A DNA stretch of 14,561 bases from a bacterium (GCA_049472355.1 JBLIRP010000091.1:1-14561), one strand, 5' to 3'. Shown: positions 1 through 8,561, counted from the stretch's first letter. A program made the numbers and translations. The notes: generated from the sequence alone by a model not told the origin.

Positions 1-1998
1 CGAGGCTGCAAAGGGCGACAGGGTATCGATTTCGGGTGATTCCTGATCCGTGGGCCGGAAAAGGACCGTTGCGTGGGGAATGAAATGCCGCCTGAGTGGG
101 CCCAGCATCTCCTGGGTATCGGGGGCATCCGAGCGGCCGGCAACGACCACCTCGCAGGAGGGCCCCAGCCCGAAATCCACGGCGACCATGAAATAGGGGT
201 ATGCCTGGGGCACCTCGCCGACCCGTTGGGAAAATGCGCGTCCTATGGCGGCGGCCTTCTCTTCAAAGCGGGAATCACCGGTAATGCGGGCAAGCCTCAG
301 CAAATTCATCATGGAGGCCGCATTTCCCGACGGCACCGCCCCGTCGTAGATCTCCTTCTGGCGAACCATGAGACCCTCACCGTCATCGGGGGTGAAATAG
401 AACCCCCCCGCTGCGCTATCCCAGTAGTGCCTCTCCAGATCCTGGTACAGGTGCAGGGCTGATTGAAGGTATGAACCCGTAAAGGTGGTCTCGAAGAGCT
501 CCAGCATCCCCCATATCAGGAAGGCATAGTCATCGAGGTATCCCGTTATGCGGGCACTGTCGTCCCGGTAGCGGTGCAGAAGCCGTCCCTCCGGTGTGCG
601 CATCCGGCCGAGGATGAAATCCGCAGCACTCCGGGCGGCATCCGTATATGCCGGTTCGTCGAATACCCGGCCCCCCTTTGCGAGTGCGGCGATCATGAGC
701 CCGTTCCAGTCGGTGAGCACGGTGTCGTCCCTTGCAGGACGCACCCGGGTCTGCCTGGCGTGAAACAGCACCTCCCGGGCCTTTTCCATGCGCCTCGCAA
801 TCTCCGATACGGGGGCGTTCAATTCACCGGCGATGTCATGCAGGGATTCCCTCATGCGGAGGATGTTTGTGCGTGTACGGGAGGGATTGAAATTCCCCCC
901 CTCGGAGAGGTTGAATACCCTGATGACAAGCTCTGCATCATCCTGCGGGAGGAGTCGCTGCACCTCCCCTGTTGTCCAGAGATAGAATTTACCCTCCTCC
1001 CCCTCGCTCTCCGCATCCTCGGCTGCGTAGAATCCCCCTCCGGGTGCGGCCATATCGCGGAGCACATAGGTGAAGATCTCCCGGGCGGTGCTCGCATACC
1101 CTTCATTCCCGGTTGCCTGGTATGCCTCCGTGTAGGCCATTGCCACCAGGGCCTGATCGTAAAGCATCTTCTCGAAATGCGGCACGAACCACTGGGAATC
1201 GGTGGAATAGCGGTGAATACCGAACCCCACCTGGTCGTATATACCCCCTCGCCGCATTGCCTGCAGGGTCTTTTCCGCCATGCCCAGGGAGGCAGCGACC
1301 CCCTTTCGCTTCCAATAGCGGAGCAGAAAAAGGATGGTGTGTGGAGAGGGAAACTTGGGCGCCCTGCCGAATCCCCCGAACCGGGAATCAAAATTCAGCA
1401 CAAGCGATTCATAGGCTGCATCAAGCATCGATTCATCCGGTTCCGCAGGCATGGGGTATTCCTCTCCCTTCCGGAGCACCTCTGCAACCTGGCCCGCATA
1501 TGCAATCACCCGATCGTGGTTCCTATTCCACAACGTGGTGATCTGCGGGATAAGCTCACGCAATCCTGCCATGCCAAACCGGCTCTCCTTGGGAATATAG
1601 GTGCCTGCGAAGAAGGGGGTCTTATCCGGCGTCAGGATGACGGTGAGCGGCCAGCCCCCGCTCCCTGTCATCATTTGGCACACCGCCATGTATACCTTGT
1701 CGATGTCGGGACGCTCCTCCCTGTCCACCTTGATGCACACGAAGGCATCATTCAGCATGGAGGCGATCTCCGGGTCCTCGAATGATTCCCTGGCCATTAC
1801 ATGGCACCAATGGCAGGTGGAATAGCCGATGGAGAGAAAGATGGGTTTATGCTCCCGCGCGGCCTTTTCAAACGCCTCCTCACCCCAGGGAAACCAATCC
1901 ACAGGGTTGCCGGCGTGCTGGAGAAGGTAGGGGCTCTGCTCGCGCACGAGACGGTTATGACCTTTTTCAGTAGCACCGTTCGGCGGATGTGCGGTCAT
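1..1998 (-). CDS. yyaL: Thioredoxin domain-containing protein, YyaL/SSP411 (DUF255 + alpha/alpha-barrel) family; 3' end lies outside the window
   Basis: Manual translation from the ATG at 1998 gives [75 protein letters not shown], the hallmark N-terminus of the family. The same frame is still open at base 1 (...[32 protein letters not shown]). It is missing from the ORF track, consistent with there being no stop codon inside the window. Confidence 0.93.
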   Translation of the reverse strand, partial: MTAHPPNGATEKGHNRLVREQSPYLLQHAGNPVDWFPWGEEAFEKAAREHKPIFLSIGYSTCHWCHVMARESFEDPEIASMLNDAFVCIKVDREERPDIDKVYMAVCQMMTGSGGWPLTVILTPDKTPFFAGTYIPKESRFGMAGLRELIPQITTLWNRNHDRVIAYAGQVAEVLRKGEEYPMPAEPDESMLDAAYESLVLNFDSRFGGFGRAPKFPSPHTILFLLRYWKRKGVAASLGMAEKTLQAMRRGGIYDQVGFGIHRYSTDSQWFVPHFEKMLYDQALVAMAYTEAYQATGNEGYASTAREIFTYVLRDMAAPGGGFYAAEDAESEGEEGKFYLWTTGEVQRLLPQDDAELVIRVFNLSEGGNFNPSRTRTNILRMRESLHDIAGELNAPVSEIARRMEKAREVLFHARQTRVRPARDDTVLTDWNGLMIAALAKGGRVFDEPAYTDAARSAADFILGRMRTPEGRLLHRYRDDSARITGYLDDYAFLIWGMLELFETTFTGSYLQSALHLYQDLERHYWDSAAGGFYFTPDDGEGLMVRQKEIYDGAVPSGNAASMMNLLRLARITGDSRFEEKAAAIGRAFSQRVGEVPQAYPYFMVAVDFGLGPSCEVVVAGRSDAPDTQEMLGPLRRHFIPHATVLFRPTDQESPEIDTLSPFAAS

Positions 1999-2100
1999 AT
2001 TGCCATGTTCCTTTCAGGAATGCCGCAGGGGCATATACCCCTCGGCTGCGATACATCCGATGCGTGCAGCGGTGACAACAGGTGGGTGCTCTTCATGGAA

Positions 2101-2895
2101 CTATGGGAAAATCCCAAGCATGTCGGGGATGGGTGGCATGCACCGTTTGTGCTGAGAATATTCGACCAGTTCGATAATCCTATCCACCCTGCCGGGGTCG
2201 AACCCCAGGTGCAGTAATTCATCACGATCCTTCCCCCTGTCAATCATACTGTACAGGATCGCGTCGGCCTCCTCATACCCGACTCCCAATTCCTCATCAT
2301 CCCGCTGGCCGGGCCACAGATCCGCCGAGGGGGGTTTGGTGAGAATGGAGTCGGGGACCTTCAGATACCGGGCCAGCTCATAGACATGGGTCTTATACAA
2401 CCCCCCCAGGGGTTCCACATCGACGCCGCCGTCTCCGTATTTGGTAAAGTATCCGAGCAGTATCTCCGACCGGTTCCCGGTGCCCACCACAATGGCTCGG
2501 CGTTCCGCCGCGATGTCGTAGAGCACCGCCATTCTTTCCCGGGCCATCTTATTCCCCTTGCGAAATCGGTCGGCGTCGGGGCATTGTGCATAATAGGTAT
2601 CGATACATGGTCCTATATCCATGATGACATGATCGATCCCCAGCGCCTCCACCACCAGAAGCGCATCCTCGATGTTTCCTGCGTGATAGGGCATGATGAC
2701 CACCTTTATGGCGTCCCTCTCCAAGCTCCGCACCAGGAGAAATGCCGTGACGGCCGAGTCCAGCCCCCCGGAGAGGCCGAGGACACATCTGGGCCTCGAT
2801 GCACGGGTGAAGCGCCGCAGAAACCCGACGATCTCGCGGCATGCGCTTTTAACAGGCAATGGAGGCAGACTGTGGGGGAATCCTTCCCTACTCAT
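2101..2895 (-). CDS. nadE: NH3-dependent NAD+ synthetase (single domain, no glutaminase domain)
   Basis: PP-loop motif GLSGGLDS, plus GNKMARERM, GTGNRSE, GYFTKYGDGG, PPSADLWPGQ-D-EELG and terminal HKR motifs; 264 aa. Confidence 0.96.
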   Translation of the reverse strand: MSREGFPHSLPPLPVKSACREIVGFLRRFTRASRPRCVLGLSGGLDSAVTAFLLVRSLERDAIKVVIMPYHAGNIEDALLVVEALGIDHVIMDIGPCIDTYYAQCPDADRFRKGNKMARERMAVLYDIAAERRAIVVGTGNRSEILLGYFTKYGDGGVDVEPLGGLYKTHVYELARYLKVPDSILTKPPSADLWPGQRDDEELGVGYEEADAILYSMIDRGKDRDELLHLGFDPGRVDRIIELVEYSQHKRCMPPIPDMLGIFP

Positions 2896-3034
2896 GAACG
2901 TGTTCCATCCGCGTGCAACTTGAGGCTATCGAAGACCGGAGTAAACAGGGTACGAAATTCCATACAAAACGGCGTCCGTTTTCTGCAAGGCAAAAAGGAT
3001 AATGTTTTTCAATAGTTATTCAACATACGCCTAT

Positions 3035-3064
3035 ACTGTACCATTTCGTTTTGACCGCTGTCAA
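3035..3064 (-). promoter_or_regulatory. Candidate sigma70 promoter for nadE
   Basis: Minus strand reads TTGACA (3064-3059), an 18-nt spacer, then TACAGT (3040-3035) preceded by an extended -10 TG, in an AT-rich intergenic region. Confidence 0.5.
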
Positions 3065-3089
3065 GCAAGGGATTTACGCCAAGGCGCCA

Positions 3090-3578
3090 TTAAAAAAGGG
3101 GGAACGGGTAGGTGAACATCGAAGGGATAAAGGGAACGGGTGCAGTCCACGGAAGTGCGGAGTAAGACGGTGAAAAGGCAGCGGAGGTGATCCGGGAAAG
3201 ATCGGGGTATCCCGATCGGAGAAATGACACGGGATTATACACATCATAGGGTGCAAGGAGGGGCGATATGGTCTGGATGTTGTTCAGGCGCAGCGGGTAG
3301 GGAAGCACGTTGTAATCGGGATCGGCGGGGATTGTCGTATAGGGCATGGAAAACGGGTCGTATGAGCTGTATTGATTCTCCGTGTAGCCGCTGAAGGGAC
3401 TCGACAGTGTCCTGAGCATTGAGGCAAGGATTGCAAGCTCGATGACAAAGGGATTCTGGGAGGGATTGGTGATCGAAAGTTGGGCATAAATCCGGCCTGC
3501 GCTCAAAAAAAGGACAATGAACACGGGCATGATTGATGCGGCCACCCGTTGAATGAGTCGCCGCTTGATGATGTACAT
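3090..3578 (-). CDS. Hypothetical secreted Pro/Ser/Tyr/Phe-rich low-complexity protein
   Basis: 162-aa ORF with purine-rich GGGGGAAAGGG directly before the ATG. The N-terminus is basic, then hydrophobic, ending IYA-Q (signal-peptide-like). No recognisable domain. Confidence 0.7.
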   Translation of the reverse strand: MYIIKRRLIQRVAASIMPVFIVLFLSAGRIYAQLSITNPSQNPFVIELAILASMLRTLSSPFSGYTENQYSSYDPFSMPYTTIPADPDYNVLPYPLRLNNIQTISPLLAPYDVYNPVSFLRSGYPDLSRITSAAFSPSYSALPWTAPVPFIPSMFTYPFPLF

Positions 3579-3696
3579 CCCTTTCCCCCCGCAGTATGAG
3601 TGCCTTCCCGCATCAGTAGATCATGGAGCGAGCCCATTGCCGGTCATGGGCATATGCGCTCGCACCTGTTGATTACTGCAAGATGAATACCATAAG

Positions 3697-3872
3697 GCGC
3701 TCGCCTGACAAGTCTGGTTGGCAAGTAGCGAACCCTTTTGGCGGCCGAAAGGGGCAGCGTAGAGGCTCCGCTTCGCTTCGCCCTAACAAAGTTTGGTTTG
3801 TGGCTCCGCTTCGCTTCGCCCTGGCAAGCTTGGTTTGTGGCTCCGCTTCGCTTCGCCCTGAAGGTTCGGTTT
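3697..3872. repeat. Tandem array of ~37-38 bp units built on a REP-like palindromic element
   Basis: The exact 21-mer GGCTCCGCTTCGCTTCGCCCT occurs at 3764-3784, 3802-3822 and 3839-3859, separated by similar 16-17 nt linkers (AACAAAGTTTGGTTTGT, GGCAAGCTTGGTTTGT). A degenerate unit tail sits at 3697-3721 and a hairpin CCCTTTTG...CGAAAGGG at 3733-3753. Confidence 0.9.
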
Positions 3873-4036
3873 CCTGCCTTCCCGTCTGATACTGGGCAAA
3901 TACATAGGGCTGAACTTTGTGTCCCCATGTGCCGATAAATAAGTGTCGGGGATACTATGTGTCCAGCGATCAGAATGGAGGCTGCAAGGTCCCGTAAACC
4001 AAAATGCCAACCAGAACAAGGATGGATGGTGAACAT

Positions 4037-4456
4037 ATGAAAGCCAAACAGGAAAAACATCGCGACTCCGATTACTCGAATGTTGCCACCTGTCAGAAGA
4101 AGATCCTCGTCATCGATGATGAGCACATGGTATGCGAGACATTACAGGATATCCTCCAGGAGGACGGCTATGTGGTGCGCACCGCATTGAACGCACTGAG
4201 TGGTTTGGCGGAGATCGAAAAGGACCCCCCTGATCTCGTCATCTCCGATTTGAAGCTCCCCGACATAAGCGGACTCGAACTGCTCAGGAGGGTAAAGCAG
4301 GATCGCCCCTATCTTGAAATCATCATCATGACCGGACTCGGGGAGGCTGAAACCTATCTGGAGGCAAAAGAGGAAGGGGCCTTTGACTACATCATAAAAC
4401 CGATCAACATCCCCATCCTCAGGCTCATGATATCGAAGGTGCTCCACCAGAACTAA
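4037..4456 (+). CDS. Single-domain response regulator (CheY-like receiver)
   Basis: KILVIDDE acidic pocket, PDLVISD phosphoacceptor Asp, IIIMTG Thr and FDYIIKP Lys are all intact; no output domain. The start at 4037 (GGTGA upstream) is preferred over the track start at 4004. Confidence 0.92.
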   Translation: MKAKQEKHRDSDYSNVATCQKKILVIDDEHMVCETLQDILQEDGYVVRTALNALSGLAEIEKDPPDLVISDLKLPDISGLELLRRVKQDRPYLEIIIMTGLGEAETYLEAKEEGAFDYIIKPINIPILRLMISKVLHQN

Positions 4457-4529
4457 CCGGCGCCGTATGCCGGATGGCGCGATCTGGTAATCTGCTGGAC
4501 CCTCCGCCCCGCCGCTCCCCTTGACGATA

Positions 4530-4558
4530 TTGACCCTTGTGCATGGGTATGCTACAAT
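4530..4558 (+). promoter_or_regulatory. Near-consensus sigma70 promoter upstream of the small basic ORF
   Basis: TTGACC (4530-4535), 17-nt spacer, TACAAT (4553-4558), with an extended -10 TG at 4550-4551. Confidence 0.72.
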
Positions 4559-4641
4559 CAACCCGCCTTTTGAGAAGTGATTGTCACCTTTAAATCCTGT
4601 TCTACCGGCACGGCATGAAGAGTGCACCGAGGATCTCTGTA

Positions 4642-4782
4642 ATGTCCAGACATAAAAAGATTATGCGCATCAAGGAGATGGAGAGAAGACGGAGAAGACG
4701 GGCGAAACGGCTCAAGCAACGGATTGCGGAATTGAAGAAGCAGAAAAAGGGCAATGCACGCCAGGCGAAGGCGAGCCAATAG
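4642..4782 (+). CDS. Small, highly basic 46-aa hypothetical protein
   Basis: MSRHKKIMRIKEMERRRRRRAKRLKQRIAELKKQKKGNARQAKASQ*. GAGG SD at 4629-4632, a dedicated promoter upstream, and it fills the gap between the receiver gene and the convergent glcD. It is shorter than any ORF in the track. Confidence 0.75.
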   Translation: MSRHKKIMRIKEMERRRRRRAKRLKQRIAELKKQKKGNARQAKASQ

Positions 4783-4850
4783 ATCCGTCCCGGCTGAAAC
4801 GTCACCCGAAATTCCTCTTTCCATGATGCCATTCAATCCAACTAATGGTG

Positions 4851-6218
4851 TTACATCCCGAAGATCTTTCCCGGATTCAGGATTCCGCGAGGATCAAAGA
4901 GGGCCTTTATCCGCCTCATCACGTCCATTCCCTGTTCATTGATCTCCATGGCCAGGTACGGGGCCTTGGTTACGCCGATTCCATGCTCCCCGGAGATGCT
5001 CCCCCCTAACTCCAGGGTCATGCGAAAGATCTCCCTGACAGCAGCCTGTATGGTTTTCCCCTCCCCCTTTTCATCCCGCACCAGGATATTCACATGGATA
5101 TTGCCGTCCCCCGCATGCCCGAAATTCGCCATGGTCAGGCCGTAACGAGAGGCGATCCGGTCGAGCCGCTGAAAACACTCGGCCAGCCGATCGCGCGGAA
5201 CACAGATATCCTCGTTGATCTTCCGGGCGCCAAGGCGATAGATGGCCGGAGAGATCGAGCGTCTGAAGTGGAAAAGCTCCTCCCGCTCCTCATCCGTGGA
5301 GGCAACATCAAGCCCCTGTCCCGGGAAGAGGGCCTGTATGCGCTCAACCTGCCGTCGCACCTCTCCCGATTCCCCATCCACCTCCATGAGGAGCATGGCA
5401 TCGCTTCCCGAAGGCAGATCCATATCAAGGCCCGCGCACACGCACTGAATGCTCGATTTGTCCATTATCTCCAAGGTGGACGGGGTGATCCCCGTGCGAA
5501 GGATCGCCATGACACCGGAAACCGCCTCCTGTGCGGAAGGGAGGAAAAGGCGCATGGCCCGCACCGCCTCCGGCTTGCGCGTCAATCTGAGAAAGACCCT
5601 GGTGATGACCCCCAGGGTTCCTTCCGAGCCGACCAGGAGCCTGGTCAGATCGTATCCCACCACGGACTTCAGTGTCCGTGCACCGGTCGTCAGAACGCCG
5701 CCTCCCGGGAGCACCGCCTCCAGCCCGAGGCAGTAATCCCTGGTCACGCCGTATTTGACCGCCTTCGGGCCCCCGGCATTCTCGGCGATGTTCCCCCCGA
5801 TGGTACAGGACTTCAAACTGGCGGGATCCGGGGGATACATGAGCCCTTCCCGATCAACCGCATCCCGGAGGTCGCCGGTGATGACCCCGGGCTCAACCTC
5901 TGCAAGCATGTTCGCGCGGTCGATATCCAGGATCCGGTGCATCCTGGACAGGGCGAGCACGACCCCCCCCTGGACCGGCACGGCCCCGCCGGTGACACCG
6001 GTGCCCGCCCCCCGGGGAACGACGGGAACCCGTTCCCGGTGGGCCCATCGCATGGTCTCGATTACCTCATCCCGACTGGCCGGGACAACGACAAGATCGG
6101 GCGATCCCGATATATTGCTGGCATCGGTTCGATACACCATGAGCGATTCGGGGGATGCAAGCAGGGATGATGCACTGACGAGGCCCTTCAGGCCTTCAAT
6201 CCTGGAGGGAACGATCAT
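4851..6218 (-). CDS. glcD: FAD-binding oxidoreductase, glycolate oxidase GlcD / D-lactate dehydrogenase family
   Basis: PRGAGTGVTGG, YPPDPAS-CTIGGNIAENAGG-KYGVT, GSEGTLG, FGHAGDGNIH, SGEHGIG and FDPRGILNPGK motifs (FAD_binding_4 + FAD-oxidase_C). The substrate cannot be determined from sequence. Confidence 0.88.
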   Translation of the reverse strand: MIVPSRIEGLKGLVSASSLLASPESLMVYRTDASNISGSPDLVVVPASRDEVIETMRWAHRERVPVVPRGAGTGVTGGAVPVQGGVVLALSRMHRILDIDRANMLAEVEPGVITGDLRDAVDREGLMYPPDPASLKSCTIGGNIAENAGGPKAVKYGVTRDYCLGLEAVLPGGGVLTTGARTLKSVVGYDLTRLLVGSEGTLGVITRVFLRLTRKPEAVRAMRLFLPSAQEAVSGVMAILRTGITPSTLEIMDKSSIQCVCAGLDMDLPSGSDAMLLMEVDGESGEVRRQVERIQALFPGQGLDVASTDEEREELFHFRRSISPAIYRLGARKINEDICVPRDRLAECFQRLDRIASRYGLTMANFGHAGDGNIHVNILVRDEKGEGKTIQAAVREIFRMTLELGGSISGEHGIGVTKAPYLAMEINEQGMDVMRRIKALFDPRGILNPGKIFGM

Positions 6219-7126
6219 TACTTCCTTTTCTTGTCTGCGTAGAGGGCGGAATCCGCCTTGTTGACGAGCTCATAGTCGGTCTGCGCGTCTTCAGGGTAGG
6301 TGGCGACCCCTGCACTGATTGAGATATGGAGCCGTTCCGAAATCCCGCTGTAGGAGAACCCCCGCTCCTCCAATGCCTTCTTGATTCTCTCCACCGCAAT
6401 CAGGGCATTCTTCTTGGGTGTCTCCGGCAGGATTGCCACGAATTCGTCCCCGCCGTACCTGGCCACGATATCGACCTCCCGGAGGCCGCCCCGGATCATC
6501 ATGGCCACCTCCTTGAGCACGTAATCACCCACCTGATGTCCATAGGTATCGTTGAACGTCTTGAAGAAATCGATATCGAACAGGACCAGGGAGACCCGAT
6601 GGCGGTACCGGGATGACATCTTGAGGATCTTGTTGAGGTTCCGGTCGAAGTACTCCCGATTGTACAGATTCGTGAATGCGTCGAGATTGATGAGCCTCCT
6701 GAGGTCCCTGAACCGCTCCAGCTTCGCCTCGATCCTCACGATGAGCTCGAGGGGGTCCAGCGGCTTCGGGATATAATCGTCCGCCCCCATCTTGAGGCCG
6801 CCGATCCGATCACACACCTGTTGATTATCGGCAAGAAGGATCAACGGCACCGCCGCGGTCTGGATATTCTGGCGCACCCTGATGCAGAACTCTATCCCGC
6901 TCAAACCGGGCATGTCCACGTCGGAGAGGATGAGGTCGGGTACGGTTTCCGCCAGAAAGGCAAGGCCTTCGTCCGCACTCTTGACATGATGGACGGTATA
7001 TCCGGCCGACTTGAGGGAATTACAGATGACATGTCCGGTATCCCAATGGGGAACGACAACGAGAATCCTCTTGGGAACCGCTTTGAGATCAAACTCTTTA
7101 CCTTGATAGGGACTGTCGTCTGTCAT
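6218..7126 (-). CDS. REC-GGDEF response regulator diguanylate cyclase (WspR/PleD-like), atypical receiver
   Basis: N-terminal receiver (PDLILSDVDMP, ADDYIPKP). GGDEF domain with DIDFFKTFNDTYGHQVGD, an RxxD I-site (REVD) and ARYGGDEF. The stop overlaps the glcD start (TAATG at 6220-6216). Confidence 0.93.
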   Translation of the reverse strand: MTDDSPYQGKEFDLKAVPKRILVVVPHWDTGHVICNSLKSAGYTVHHVKSADEGLAFLAETVPDLILSDVDMPGLSGIEFCIRVRQNIQTAAVPLILLADNQQVCDRIGGLKMGADDYIPKPLDPLELIVRIEAKLERFRDLRRLINLDAFTNLYNREYFDRNLNKILKMSSRYRHRVSLVLFDIDFFKTFNDTYGHQVGDYVLKEVAMMIRGGLREVDIVARYGGDEFVAILPETPKKNALIAVERIKKALEERGFSYSGISERLHISISAGVATYPEDAQTDYELVNKADSALYADKKRK

Positions 7127-7188
7127 ACTAATTTTATCGACCTTCTATCGCAAAATGAGCGATCACGGAGGAAGAATAAACGCACTGG

Positions 7189-8085
7189 TCAAGCCGTTTC
7201 AGCGTTTGCCGGTGGTATGTTTCCAATCCTGGTGATCTCCACACGCCACAGCCTGCGCTCATCCGCCTTCCTGACGATAAAGCGCAGTCCTTGAAACACG
7301 ACCTCCTCCTTCTCCTTGGGTATGCGTTCAAACAGGTGGAAGAGGAGCCCGCCCACTGTTTCATAGTCGCCCTTGGGGATTTCCAGGCCGAAGAATTCCT
7401 CGATCTCCTCGATGTCGATATGGGCATCCACCGAGATGGTGCTCTCATCGAGCTTGATGAGACGTTCCCTTTCAATATCGTATTCATCGTGGATCTCCCC
7501 GACCAATTCCTCCAGGAGATCCTCTATGGTCACCAGTCCCGCGGTGCCTCCGTACTCGTCCACCACAATGGCCATATGAACCTTCAGCAATTGAAATTCC
7601 TTGAGCAGGTCGATGATCTTCTTGGTTTCCGGAACGAAGTATGACGGCCGCATGATTTCGCCGATCTTTACATCCCTTTTGTTGGATCTGAAGACCTTCA
7701 ACAGGTCCTTGGCATAGACGATCCCCGCGATATTGTCTATCTTCCCGTCATAGACGGGAATGCGCGAATGTCCCTTGGCGAGGATTATATCCAGTACATC
7801 ATTCAGACCTGCATTGAGGGGACAGGCGGCGATTTCAACGCGAGGCACCATCACCTCGCGGACGATGGTGTCCATGAAGGTAAACACGCTGTGGATGAGC
7901 TCATGCTCCTCCTCTTCGATGATACCCTCCTCTTCCCCCTCGTCGATGAGCCGGTGAAACTCCTCTTCGGTCGCGATTCCCCGGCGTATGAGCCTGCCCA
8001 GGCCTATTCTCCGCAGCCATGTATGCAACAACGGCTTCTTTGAGGGTGCGCCGGAGGAATTCTCCGGGGCATCATCCGATCGCAT
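7189..8085 (-). CDS. corC: CorC/YbeX-type tandem CBS + CorC_HlyC domain protein (no N-terminal membrane domain)
   Basis: VREVMVPR, GHSRIPVY, VPETKK, MAIVVDEYGGTAGLVTIEDLLEELVGEIHDEYD and YETVGG motifs; follows ybeY as in ybeZYX. The ATG at 8085 has AGGGA upstream (the track start is 8115). Confidence 0.9.
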   Translation of the reverse strand: MRSDDAPENSSGAPSKKPLLHTWLRRIGLGRLIRRGIATEEEFHRLIDEGEEEGIIEEEEHELIHSVFTFMDTIVREVMVPRVEIAACPLNAGLNDVLDIILAKGHSRIPVYDGKIDNIAGIVYAKDLLKVFRSNKRDVKIGEIMRPSYFVPETKKIIDLLKEFQLLKVHMAIVVDEYGGTAGLVTIEDLLEELVGEIHDEYDIERERLIKLDESTISVDAHIDIEEIEEFFGLEIPKGDYETVGGLLFHLFERIPKEKEEVVFQGLRFIVRKADERRLWRVEITRIGNIPPANAETA

Positions 8086-8123
8086 GGTGTGGTCCCTTTC
8101 CTGTTGGCAGGGCACAAGGCCCT

Positions 8124-8561
8124 TTAGGGTGATTCGATTTCTGAAAGGACGACCCTCTCCTGCGCCTGCATCCTTTCAGCATCACGTTTTTCCATATGGT
8201 CGTATCCGAGCAGATGCAATATCCCATGAACAAGGAGAATCGTCAGCTCGCGGTCCAGACTGTGTCCCACTTCTTTGGCCTGCCGGGCGGCCGTTTCCAC
8301 GGAGATTACCACATCCCCGAGGAGCTGGGGCTGGATGTCCGTCCATTCCCCTTCCCTCATCGAGAACGCGAGTACATCGGTCGGCTGGTCGATCCCCCGG
8401 TAGCATTTGTTCAGCCTTCTCACGTATCGATCACTTACGAATAGGATGCTCACCTCCTGGGTTTGTAAGCCCAAGACGCCGAATATCCTCTCCACCACCC
8501 TCCTCATCAGCGGGATTTCCAGACTTACCTTCCTTTGCCGGTTTTGGATAGATATCTCCAC
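8124..8561 (-). CDS. ybeY: rRNA maturation endoribonuclease YbeY
   Basis: LN--YRGIDQPTDVLAF, LGDVVIS and HGILHLLGYDH zinc motif. The GTG at 8561 has AAGGA upstream and gives a typical ~145-aa protein; the track start at 8693 adds a non-homologous extension. Confidence 0.95.
   Translation of the reverse strand: MEISIQNRQRKVSLEIPLMRRVVERIFGVLGLQTQEVSILFVSDRYVRRLNKCYRGIDQPTDVLAFSMREGEWTDIQPQLLGDVVISVETAARQAKEVGHSLDRELTILLVHGILHLLGYDHMEKRDAERMQAQERVVLSEIESP

Noticed and set aside
73..2217. Long plus-strand ORFs 73-462, 574-1785 and 1801-2217
   Set aside because: Antisense shadows of the minus-strand yyaL gene (and the end of nadE); no recognisable motifs.
3764..3859. Mini-CRISPR array (three identical 21-mers)
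   Set aside because: The linkers are only 16-17 nt and resemble each other, the repeat is short, and there is no cas gene or clear leader. It fits a tandem or REP-type repeat better.
3623..4126. ORFs 3623-3889, 3644-4126, 3738-3938 and 3783-4019 with repeated peptides (AKRSGA, APLRFAL)
   Set aside because: The peptide repeats are just translations of the DNA repeat array in several frames; no convincing RBS or domain.
4558..4836. Minus-strand hydrophobic ORFs 4558-4836 and 4602-4832
   Set aside because: They are the reverse complement of the purine-rich small basic ORF; the promoter and SD support the plus strand.
7127..7140. TAAAAT -10 box suggesting a leaderless transcript for the cyclase
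   Set aside because: Only 4 nt separate it from the ATG and there is no convincing -35 at 16-18 nt; too weak to call.
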